30,307 nucleotides of DNA from contig JAFSUE010000158.1 of assembly GCA_017445435.1 (NCBI GenBank), forward strand, positions 1 through 30,307, given 5' to 3'. How positions within the stretch are numbered: the first letter of the stretch is position 1; each line of letters starts with the position of its first letter. Of this stretch, positions 17,352 to 24,814 are shown piece after piece. The position numbers were made by a program, and so were the translations under genes. The DNA comes from Selenomonadaceae bacterium (GTDB lineage Bacteria > Bacillota > Negativicutes > Selenomonadales > Selenomonadaceae). The notes under the pieces are model-generated. The model did no database searches, was not told the DNA's origin, and saw only the letters and a program-made list of their open reading frames with translations.

Positions 17352-17550
17352 TTAAACTACTTTCTTTTGGCGCAAAAGAAAGTAGCAAAGAAAACATAGC
17401 GGCATTTGCGCGCTCGCGCTTTACTTTTCAGTAACAAAAGCAATACACCGCGTCCTTGTGTTCCCAAATATTCAACTCCGCAGAGCGCCATAAATGCCGC
17501 AAAGTACCATCATTTTTCAGCTTTGAATTTTTTACGTAGTTATTCAACTC
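17352..17550 (-). ncRNA. Candidate structured RNA/REP-like element, copy 2
   Basis: The minus strand carries GAGTTGAATAAC, CAAGGACGCG, GCGCAAAT and CTACTTTCTTTTG-cgc-CAAAAGAAAGTAG, as in copy 1. It adds GCGGCATTT/AAATGCCGC, GCGCTC/GAGCGC and TTACT-GAAA-AGTAA stems. Confidence 0.6.
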
Positions 17551-17588
17551 TACCTAATTACTAACACCTAGAAAGGAGCGTGAAATTT

Positions 17589-17864
17589 TTGGATAAGAAA
17601 AAAATTGTTCATTCTGCCCGTGAAAAAATTCGTGAACAGGATAATTCCTCAAGTGGTCGTGAAGCAGTTAGCGGCGAAAAATCACTTTTGGGCGACGTGA
17701 TTGGTGCGTTTATAAATATGGTTGGCGATACGTCAAATGATTCTGCTGATAATGAATCTGCGCGGGAAAGTGGACGTAGCGGCAAAACTTCAGGACGTAA
17801 GCCGCAAGGTCAAGGGCGCGTTGCATCTGTTGGAAGTCGTGTTGCCGAACAACTCAAAAAATAA
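17589..17864 (+). CDS. Hypothetical Ser/Gly/Arg-rich small protein (TTG start; alternative GTG 17580)
   Basis: AAGGAG RBS 10 nt upstream; open frame of about 91 aa. Confidence 0.65.
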   Translation: MDKKKIVHSAREKIREQDNSSSGREAVSGEKSLLGDVIGAFINMVGDTSNDSADNESARESGRSGKTSGRKPQGQGRVASVGSRVAEQLKK

Positions 17865-18030
17865 TTAGGAATGCGTAATTCGTAATGCGTAATGATAAAT
17901 CTTACCACCTACTCACTACTGACTACTAACTAAAAAAAGATTGATAATTAGTAAGGCGGTATGTTAAGAATTAAGAATTAAGAATTTTTCCCTACTCACT
18001 ACTAACTACTCACTACTAACTACTTACTAA
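17862..18030. repeat. Composite heptamer region: TAATGCG-type (17862-17893), CTACTNA (17909-17931), TAAGAAT x3 (17965-17986), CTACTNA x5 (17992-18030)
   Basis: Read directly. Confidence 0.9.
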
Positions 18031-18038
18031 AAAAATAA

Positions 18039-18068
18039 TTGATAATTGGCAAGGCGTTATGTTATAAT
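18039..18068 (+). promoter_or_regulatory. Sigma70 promoter of the TAXI gene
   Basis: TTGATA-18 nt-TATAAT with extended -10 TG; AGGAGG RBS downstream. Confidence 0.7.
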
Positions 18069-18108
18069 TCGTTTGAGAATTCATAATATTCTAGGAGGAG
18101 TGATTTAA

Positions 18109-19074
18109 ATGGGGTTCGGGAAATTTTTTAAGAGGATAGCGACGGTTTGTCTAGCACTTGCCGTAGCAGTTGGTGTAGCAGGTTGCGGCGGCGGCGCTGA
18201 TTCTGGCGAAAAGTTCGTGCATATCGCTACTGGTGGTACGGCTGGAACTTATTATCCCATTGGTGGCGCTATTGCAGACATCATTAAAAGGGACGTTAAA
18301 GGAATTGACGCCAACGCACAAAGTACTGGCGCGTCTGTTGCAAATATCAATATGCTCAATGACAAGCAAGTTGATATGGCGATTGTGCAAAATGACATTG
18401 CCTACTACGCCTTGAACGGTACGGAAATGTTTGAAAAGAAAGTTGAAGGTCTGCGTGGCATTGCGTCACTTTATCCTGAAACTTGCCAATTCGTCACGCT
18501 CGACGGTTCTGGCATTCACTCAATCAGCGACTTAAAAGGAAAACGTGTTGCAGTCGGCGCACAAGGTAGCGGTGTTGAATGTAACGTCCGCCAAATTCTT
18601 AAAGTCTACGGTATGACTTACGAAGATATTAACCCACAATTCCTTTCATTTGCAGAAGCGTCAGCCGCGCTTAAAGACGGTACTGTTGACGTTGCTTGCT
18701 TGACTGCTGGTTATCCTACAACTTCCGTACAGGACATCGCGTCACAAAAACAAATCAGACTCATTCCGCTTGATTCAGCTAAAATTGATGCCCTTATCGC
18801 AGATTATCCTTTCTACACAAGGACGACCATTCCAGCAGATACTTATCAAGGATTCAGCGCAGAAGTTCCAACTGTCAGCGTAATGGCAATTCTTGTTACT
18901 ACTGATAGAATGGACGCGCAAACTGGCTACGACATTACAAAGGCGATTTTCTCAAATACCGATAAACTTGCGGCGGCACACTCTGCGGCTAAAGCTATTA
19001 GCAAAGAAACTGCCCTTAATGGTATGAACTTCATTAAGATGAACGAAGGCGCAGAAAAATTCTTAAAAGAATAA
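18109..19074 (+). CDS. TAXI-family TRAP transporter solute-binding lipoprotein
   Basis: Lipobox VAGC; IATGGTAGTYYPIG, STGASVANI, AIVQND, LYPE, DLKGKRVAVGA.GSG. Confidence 0.93.
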   Translation: MGFGKFFKRIATVCLALAVAVGVAGCGGGADSGEKFVHIATGGTAGTYYPIGGAIADIIKRDVKGIDANAQSTGASVANINMLNDKQVDMAIVQNDIAYYALNGTEMFEKKVEGLRGIASLYPETCQFVTLDGSGIHSISDLKGKRVAVGAQGSGVECNVRQILKVYGMTYEDINPQFLSFAEASAALKDGTVDVACLTAGYPTTSVQDIASQKQIRLIPLDSAKIDALIADYPFYTRTTIPADTYQGFSAEVPTVSVMAILVTTDRMDAQTGYDITKAIFSNTDKLAAAHSAAKAISKETALNGMNFIKMNEGAEKFLKE

Positions 19075-19080
19075 TTTATT

Positions 19081-19148
19081 TAATGCGTAATTAGGAATGC
19101 GTAATTCGTAAATTAATGCGTAATGCGCAATGAGGAATGCGTAATTAA
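19081..19148 (+). repeat. Heptamer array TAATGCG/TAATTAG/GAATGCG/TAATTCG, 9 units
   Basis: Read directly; one 5-nt phase slip at 19109-19113. Confidence 0.88.
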
Positions 19149-19155
19149 AATTTTT

Positions 19156-19181
19156 AGCCTCCCAATCAGGGGGCTTTTTTT
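19156..19181 (+). terminator. Intrinsic terminator after the TAXI gene
   Basis: AGCCTCC/GGGGGCT stem followed by T7. Confidence 0.75.
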
Positions 19182-19197
19182 GTAGGAGAAATTTTTA

Positions 19198-20328
19198 ATG
19201 AGAATTGCAATTTTTGAAAACATTATGACGGAGGGCGGGCATGAAGTCGACTTCGATAGAATTTTAGTTGAAGAACTTGCCGCACTTGGTCACGACGTAA
19301 ATTTTTATGTGCCAGAAAATTTTATCTTCCACTTTGATTATAAAGTTCCAGTAACGAAACTTGCAGGTGACGCCGTAGTTTACAGTACGTCACGCGGGCT
19401 TAGGAAAATTGCCGCCACTATCAAGCGTGAAATAAATCGTCAGCGTTGGTACAGTCAACTTTACGACGCGCAAAAAAATTTCGACGCGCTGATTGTTCCC
19501 ACGTCGACTTACCGATATTTACGCGCTTTGAATCACAATTCGCTGAAAAAAATTTCCGTACCGCTGATTTTTATTCTGCATGGCATAAATCCCAATGAAG
19601 CGTCAAACTTTTTAAATGCGGCTGAAAAACTTTTGACGTACGACAATATTAAACTTTGCGTGTTGACGCTTGATGAAAATCTTTTCGGCGGCAAGTACAA
19701 AAATATTTTCCCGACGTACCCGCCGACTTTTATTCCGCGTGACGTAAAAATTTTTCAGCGGCAAGTTAGCGACGAATTGACGATTGGATTTTTTGGACAG
19801 TACAGGCGCGAAAAAAAATTGCGCGAATTGCTCAACGTCTTCATCAACGCCAACTACAAGCGCAAAGTGAAAATGATTGTTCAAGGGTCGACTATGCACG
19901 AGGAGGACGCGAAAGATTTTGAAGAGATTATCGCGCAGTATAAAAAATTTGACAGCCTAGAATTTCTGCACAAAGGGTTAATTGGGGCTGATTGGCAACG
20001 GGCAATTTTGAACGTCGACGCGCTTTTAATGCCGTATTCAGCGCCGCGCTATCGTTACCATTGGAGCGCCATGCTTTTCACGGCGTTAGGATTTAAAAAG
20101 CCTGTCATTGCGTCGAGTGATATTAATCCTGAAGTTTGGGAAAAATTTAGAATCGGTGAAGTTTTTGAAAGTGGAAATATTAACGCGCTTGACGTAGCTT
20201 TAAAAATTTTTATTGACAACTTCGACGAAAATATTTTGACGTACAAAAAAAATTTAGACGCCGCCGCAGAAATTTTTTCTCCTGCGAATTTTGCACGACG
20301 CCTAATTCAGCTTTCATTACATTCTTAA
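19198..20328 (+). CDS. GT-B fold (GT4-like) glycosyltransferase
   Basis: N-terminal GGHE, TIGFFGQYRREK, ALLMPY, ALGFKKPVIAS. Confidence 0.78.
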   Translation: MRIAIFENIMTEGGHEVDFDRILVEELAALGHDVNFYVPENFIFHFDYKVPVTKLAGDAVVYSTSRGLRKIAATIKREINRQRWYSQLYDAQKNFDALIVPTSTYRYLRALNHNSLKKISVPLIFILHGINPNEASNFLNAAEKLLTYDNIKLCVLTLDENLFGGKYKNIFPTYPPTFIPRDVKIFQRQVSDELTIGFFGQYRREKKLRELLNVFINANYKRKVKMIVQGSTMHEEDAKDFEEIIAQYKKFDSLEFLHKGLIGADWQRAILNVDALLMPYSAPRYRYHWSAMLFTALGFKKPVIASSDINPEVWEKFRIGEVFESGNINALDVALKIFIDNFDENILTYKKNLDAAAEIFSPANFARRLIQLSLHS

Positions 20329-20343
20329 TTCTTAATTCAATTA
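20321..20343 (-). repeat. Heptamer array (ATTCTTA)2-ATTCAAT carrying the stop codons of both convergent genes
   Basis: GT stop TAA 20326-20328 lies inside the array; fliG stop at 20341-20343. Confidence 0.75.
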
Positions 20344-21372
20344 GACAAGCATTTCGTCACCTTGACCACGAGCAATAACAATTTCGCCTTTGTCTTCAAG
20401 CGTACGAATAATATTAACAACTTTCATCTGCGCTTCCTCAACGTCGCGAATCTTGACAGGTCCCATATATTCAAGTTCTTCACGCAACATATCAGCGGCA
20501 CGTTTAGACATATTCTTATAAATTTTGTCAGCAACTTCCTGCGGCGTAGCTTTCATAGCCAACGACAAATCTTTTGTATCGACTTCGCGCAGTACCATTT
20601 GCAAGGAGCGGTCGTCCAAAAGTACAATATCTTCGAACACGAACATAAGCTTTTTGATTTCTTCGGCAAGTTCGGGGTTGTCCATTTCCAGCTGTTCGAT
20701 AATCGCCTTTTCTGTAGTACGGTCGACGCGGTTTAAAACTTCGACAACTGCAGGGATACCGCCAGCAGTTGTAAAATCTTGATTGAGCATAGCGGAAAGT
20801 TTTTTCTCCAAAACTCTTTCAACTTCACGAATAATATCAGGCGACGTTCTATCCATCATCGCGATTCTTTTTGCAACGTCGGCTTGTGATTCAGGCGGCA
20901 GACCACTCATAACTATAGCGGCTTGGTCAGGTTCAAGGTACGCCATAACTAAAGCGATAGTTTGCGGGTGTTCATTCTGCAAAAACGTCATAAGTTGGGA
21001 AGGATCAGTTTTGCGTAGGAAGTCGAAGGGACGAACTTGCAAGCTTGTAGTTAATCTGTTCAAAATGTCCATAGCGCGATCCGAGCCGAGCGCTTTTTCC
21101 AAAACATTCTGCGCGTATTCAAGCCCGCCAGTAGAAATGTAATCGCTAGCCATAGCCATTTGATAAAATTCTGACAGGACTTCAGCTTTTAATTCAGCGC
21201 TAACTTGTTTATTGTTAGCAATTTCAAGCGTGATACTTTCTATTTCGTCGTCGTCCATATGTTCAAAAAGTTTAGCGGCGTATTCTCCACCGATAGCGAT
21301 GAAGAATATAGCTGCTTTTTCATGCGCCGTCATTTCGCGGGGTTCGCCGTACATATCGGGCATTGCTGGCAT
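20341..21372 (-). CDS. fliG: Flagellar motor switch protein FliG
   Basis: EKAAI, GGLEYA, EHPQTIAL, GGIPAVVEVLN, MFVFEDI, GPVKIRDVEEAQ. Confidence 0.97.
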   Translation of the reverse strand: MPAMPDMYGEPREMTAHEKAAIFFIAIGGEYAAKLFEHMDDDEIESITLEIANNKQVSAELKAEVLSEFYQMAMASDYISTGGLEYAQNVLEKALGSDRAMDILNRLTTSLQVRPFDFLRKTDPSQLMTFLQNEHPQTIALVMAYLEPDQAAIVMSGLPPESQADVAKRIAMMDRTSPDIIREVERVLEKKLSAMLNQDFTTAGGIPAVVEVLNRVDRTTEKAIIEQLEMDNPELAEEIKKLMFVFEDIVLLDDRSLQMVLREVDTKDLSLAMKATPQEVADKIYKNMSKRAADMLREELEYMGPVKIRDVEEAQMKVVNIIRTLEDKGEIVIARGQGDEMLV

Positions 21373-21395
21373 AATTAATCGCCTCCATTTTAGGG

Positions 21396-21461
21396 ATTAG
21401 CTTTTAGCTTTTAGGATTTTTTACTACTCACTACTAACTACTGACTACTCACTACTCACTA
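21396..21461. repeat. Bipartite heptamer array: (TTTTAGC/G)-type then (CTACTNA)5, in the fliF-fliG spacer
   Basis: Read directly. Confidence 0.88.
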
Positions 21462-21533
21462 ATTTTTAGAAATTTAATAGGAGCTGGAACTGCTATAAGA
21501 ATTTTTAATTCTAAGTTCCTAGCCCCTAAAAAA

Positions 21534-23159
21534 TCATTCGTCTTCAGCCAACCAAGTTTTAATCAGCATTGCGACATCAGCAGGCTTTTCATCAATCATC
21601 TTAAGAATAGCTTGTTTTTCATCACGTTGCTGTTTCTCTTGCGGCGTCAAACCTTCATCTTCAATAATTCCCTCTTCAATATCGCGGGCACGTTGCGCCT
21701 CTTCAGCACGACGTTGAGCCGCCTCTTCAGCTTCACGCGCTTCCCTTTCAGCACGCAATCTAGCTTCTTCAACTTCGCGCTCCTGCTGTTTTTTGCGACG
21801 ATACATCAAGAATCCACCGAGCAACAAGGCGAGAAGTAAAATCAATGCTCCAAATTCCATATAAAGAATCCTATCTTGACGTTTTTGTTCAGCCGCTTCA
21901 GCAGCCGCCTCTCTGTCACGCGCTTCAGTGCTAAACGGCATAGGTTCAACTGAAATTACGTCGCCGCGCGTTTCATTGATACCAGCCGCAGAACTTACGA
22001 CGCGCAATAAATTTTCCCTTTGTGCATCAGTTATAGTATCGTTTACTAAAACTGCAACAGTCAAGCGGCTAATCGAGCCTGGCGACGATACAATTTTCTG
22101 ATTTTCTTCATTGACTTCGTAATTTTTAGTAGACTCTTTGCGCTCATAATCAGCGTTAGCGTTTCTATCTTCAGCGACGTAGCCAGGAACATTGCCTTGT
22201 ACACCAGCAGGACCGCCCGGCATATTTGAACGCCCGCTATAAGTTTCGCTAACATCTTGCTGACTTCTGATAATTCCAGCTTCATCAACAACTGGCGTGA
22301 ACGTTTGACGATCAGTTTGCCTTTCATCAAAATCAAGTTCGACGCTTACACGTACAAAAGCTTGACCGCGTCCCAACGAATTATCAAGTAACGTCTGAAT
22401 ATTTTGCTGGATATTGTCACGAACTTTGCGCGTCATTTCAATTTGATTGAGCGCCTTTAAATTATTTCGCTGTTGTTGTGCTAAGGCGTCATCAGATTCA
22501 TTTTCGTTTAAAATGTTGCCTGCCTCATCAACGATGGTGATATTTTCGGGAGTAAGTCCTTGAACGCTATGTGCAACTAAGTTGACAATGCCTTTGACTT
22601 CAGCGGGTGTAAGTTGAACACTACGCGAAAGTATCAGCATAATTGATGCGGTAGCTGGCTTTTCATTTTTTTTATAAAGGCTATCTTCTGGCAAAACAAT
22701 ATGTACACGCGCTTTTTGAACAGCCTCAATTTGTTCAATGGTACGTGTCAATTCGCCCTGCAACGCTTGAATATAATTAATTCTATTTTGAAATTCTGTA
22801 ACGCCAAGCTTGCTATCGTCGAAGAGTTCAAAACCTTTATTGCCACGAGGAAGACCAGCAGAGGCAAGTTCAAGCCGCACATCATGCACTTGAGTAGCTG
22901 GAACATAGACAGTCGTGCCGCGTTTGTTTTCTTCGATACGGTACTGAACGCCTGATTCACGCAGACTATTCACAACGTCGCCTGCGTCTTTAGTTTCAAG
23001 GTTGGTGTACAGTGGCACCATATCAGGCTTACTGCCATACCAAAAACTGATTCCTAAAATTGCTACTAAAATAGCTACAATGACGCCTATTCCTATAGCG
23101 CGTTGTGTTTTAGAGTACCTGTTCCACAGTTCTAGGAATCGCTCTTTCCAAGCTGCCAA
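21534..23159 (-). CDS. fliF: Flagellar M-ring protein FliF
   Basis: Two TMs; GFELFD..KLGVTEF, ALQGELTRTI, ARVHIVLP, KPATAS, RLTVAVLVN, LIKTWL. Confidence 0.96.
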   Translation of the reverse strand: MAAWKERFLELWNRYSKTQRAIGIGVIVAILVAILGISFWYGSKPDMVPLYTNLETKDAGDVVNSLRESGVQYRIEENKRGTTVYVPATQVHDVRLELASAGLPRGNKGFELFDDSKLGVTEFQNRINYIQALQGELTRTIEQIEAVQKARVHIVLPEDSLYKKNEKPATASIMLILSRSVQLTPAEVKGIVNLVAHSVQGLTPENITIVDEAGNILNENESDDALAQQQRNNLKALNQIEMTRKVRDNIQQNIQTLLDNSLGRGQAFVRVSVELDFDERQTDRQTFTPVVDEAGIIRSQQDVSETYSGRSNMPGGPAGVQGNVPGYVAEDRNANADYERKESTKNYEVNEENQKIVSSPGSISRLTVAVLVNDTITDAQRENLLRVVSSAAGINETRGDVISVEPMPFSTEARDREAAAEAAEQKRQDRILYMEFGALILLLALLLGGFLMYRRKKQQEREVEEARLRAEREAREAEEAAQRRAEEAQRARDIEEGIIEDEGLTPQEKQQRDEKQAILKMIDEKPADVAMLIKTWLAEDE

Positions 23160-23242
23160 ATAAACTCAGTCCTTTCGAACAGCCTGTGATCAGCTTTCAG
23201 GTGTTTTCCTTCCCTGTACAGATACCTGAAGCTTTCCCGTGA

Positions 23243-23545
23243 CTAAACCTGCATCCGCATAATTTCCTGATATGCGGAAGTAGCGCGGTTTCTTAATTGA
23301 AGTGTAAGTTGCAAAGCTAAATCGGCTTTTTGTCCCGCAATAATAACTTGTGAAACGTCTTCAATTCTGCCTGCTGCCAATGCGGCGTTCAACTTGTCTG
23401 ATGTAAGTTGAAGTTCGTTCGTCTTTTTTAGTGCATCTGTAAGCACTTCGCCGAAACTTTTTATAGGCTCTTCAACCTGTGTTTCTCCCAAGTGACTACG
23501 CGCACTCATTTTTACGGGCGTCATTTCAAGCGGTGCTATTTCCAT
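23243..23545 (-). CDS. fliE: Flagellar hook-basal body protein FliE
   Basis: SFGEVL, KADLALQLTLQLRNR..SAYQEIMRMQV; AAGGTG RBS before ATG 23545. Confidence 0.95.
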   Translation of the reverse strand: MEIAPLEMTPVKMSARSHLGETQVEEPIKSFGEVLTDALKKTNELQLTSDKLNAALAAGRIEDVSQVIIAGQKADLALQLTLQLRNRATSAYQEIMRMQV

Positions 23546-23610
23546 TCCATCACCTTCCCCGTCTAAATCTAAATTGACAAACCGCCTAAAAAAATATTTA
23601 ACTGCCGTCA

Positions 23611-23619
23611 ATTATAACA
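23611..23619 (-). promoter_or_regulatory. Proximal extended -10 element for fliE
   Basis: TG-T-TATAAT on the minus strand. Confidence 0.45.
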
Positions 23620-23699
23620 CGTGACAAAATTATTTCCACAAAAAATTTGTTGAAAATAAAAAATTGCGGCAGTTTATAATCTGTAAAAAATCTGAATGA

Positions 23700-23729
23700 A
23701 TTATACGCTAAATTTTAAATCAGCGTCAA
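23700..23729 (-). promoter_or_regulatory. Internal sigma70 promoter upstream of fliE-fliF-fliG
   Basis: TTGACG-18 nt-TATAAT on the minus strand. Confidence 0.65.
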
Positions 23730-23763
23730 GGATATTTGATAAGTGCAGAAAATTTTGTAGACG

Positions 23764-24213
23764 TTAGCCGCTAATTTCCAGCGCCTTATTGAACATAGCC
23801 TTAGCGGCGTTAATCGTCGTGGTATTTGCCTCGTAAGCACGATGCGCCGTTATCATATCAACCATTTCTGTGACGATATTGACATTTGGCTTTTCTACGT
23901 AACCTTCAGCGTTAGCATCTGGATGACCTGGTTCATAGACAAGCGGACCTTGTTGTTGATCTTCCATAATGGCAACTGCGCGGACGCCTTCGCCGACAGT
24001 TTTTTTACCGCTTGTAGCCTTTGATAAAGTTTGCTCAAAAGATTCAGCTTGACGATCACGCGGGCTGAATACGACGAAACGGCGACGATAAGCCGTACCA
24101 TTTGCAGTACGTGTAGTGTTGGCGTTAGCGATATTGTTTGAGATAACGTCCATTCTAAGACGTTCAGCCGTCAAGCCTGACGCCGCCGTATCAATTACCA
24201 TAAACATACTCAT
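23764..24213 (-). CDS. flgC: Flagellar basal-body rod protein FlgC
   Basis: SGLTAERLRMDVISNNIANANTTR, YEPGHPDA, PNVN..EMVDMI.A.RAYEAN; AGGTG RBS before ATG 24213. Confidence 0.97.
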   Translation of the reverse strand: MSMFMVIDTAASGLTAERLRMDVISNNIANANTTRTANGTAYRRRFVVFSPRDRQAESFEQTLSKATSGKKTVGEGVRAVAIMEDQQQGPLVYEPGHPDANAEGYVEKPNVNIVTEMVDMITAHRAYEANTTTINAAKAMFNKALEISG

Positions 24214-24232
24214 ACTTTTCACCTATTTTAGC

Positions 24233-24277
24233 TTGAATTAATTCTTAATTCTTCATTCTTAATTCTTAATTCAATTA
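24233..24277 (-). repeat. Heptamer array (GAATTAA-type on the minus strand) directly after the flgB stop
   Basis: ttgaatta attctta attcttc attctta attctta attcaa tta. Confidence 0.88.
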
Positions 24278-24700
24278 GCTTTGTCCGCTGGTAATGGCAG
24301 TACGAACTTTGTTTACGTGACCGCGCAGTTGAGTTGCCAACGCATTGTAATACATCTGATTTTTCAAAAGCGTTGCCATTTCAATATCAATATCAACGTT
24401 GTTATTGTCTTCGCGCATAATCGTTGTATTGTCCTCAACCATTGTCGGCACGGCGTGAACAGGTTTATTAACCGCTGGCAAGTGCGCATCATTTGTACGA
24501 ACCATTTGCAATTTGTTGCCTGTATCTTCGCCGTAAATTTCCTTAGCTAAAAGTTCCTCAAACTCAACAGCAGTTTTACGGTAATTCGGCGTGTTGACGT
24601 TAGCAATGTTGTGGGAAATGACTTCCTGCCGCATGGTCGCCGCCGTCATGCCACGCGCCAAGTAATTAAAATTTGGTGAGTTCAATATTTGTTCAAGCAT
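24275..24700 (-). CDS. flgB: Flagellar basal-body rod protein FlgB
   Basis: RQEVISHNIANVNTPNY, DNNNVDIDIEM. Confidence 0.96.
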   Translation of the reverse strand: MLEQILNSPNFNYLARGMTAATMRQEVISHNIANVNTPNYRKTAVEFEELLAKEIYGEDTGNKLQMVRTNDAHLPAVNKPVHAVPTMVEDNTTIMREDNNNVDIDIEMATLLKNQMYYNALATQLRGHVNKVRTAITSGQS

Positions 24701-24756
24701 AAAACCACCTTCCTTAAATAAATTCTACAAAAAATCCCAACTTCCATTTCTACGCT

Positions 24757-24794
24757 AAAAAAAAATTTCCTTCCATTTAAATCGGCGGAAGGAA
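24757..24794 (-). terminator. Intrinsic terminator of the cobJ-rapZ-yvcK unit
   Basis: TTCCTTCC/GGAAGGAA stem followed by a T run on the minus strand. Confidence 0.8.
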
Positions 24795-24814
24795 CAATTT
24801 GGTAAAGTTTATCG

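Noticed and set aside
17862-18030. CRISPR array
   Set aside because: The units are contiguous 7-mers with no unique spacers, and there are no cas genes.
24701-24814. c-di-GMP riboswitch upstream of flgB
   Set aside because: Only about 55 nt remain after the yvcK terminator, with no GEMM or class II consensus.
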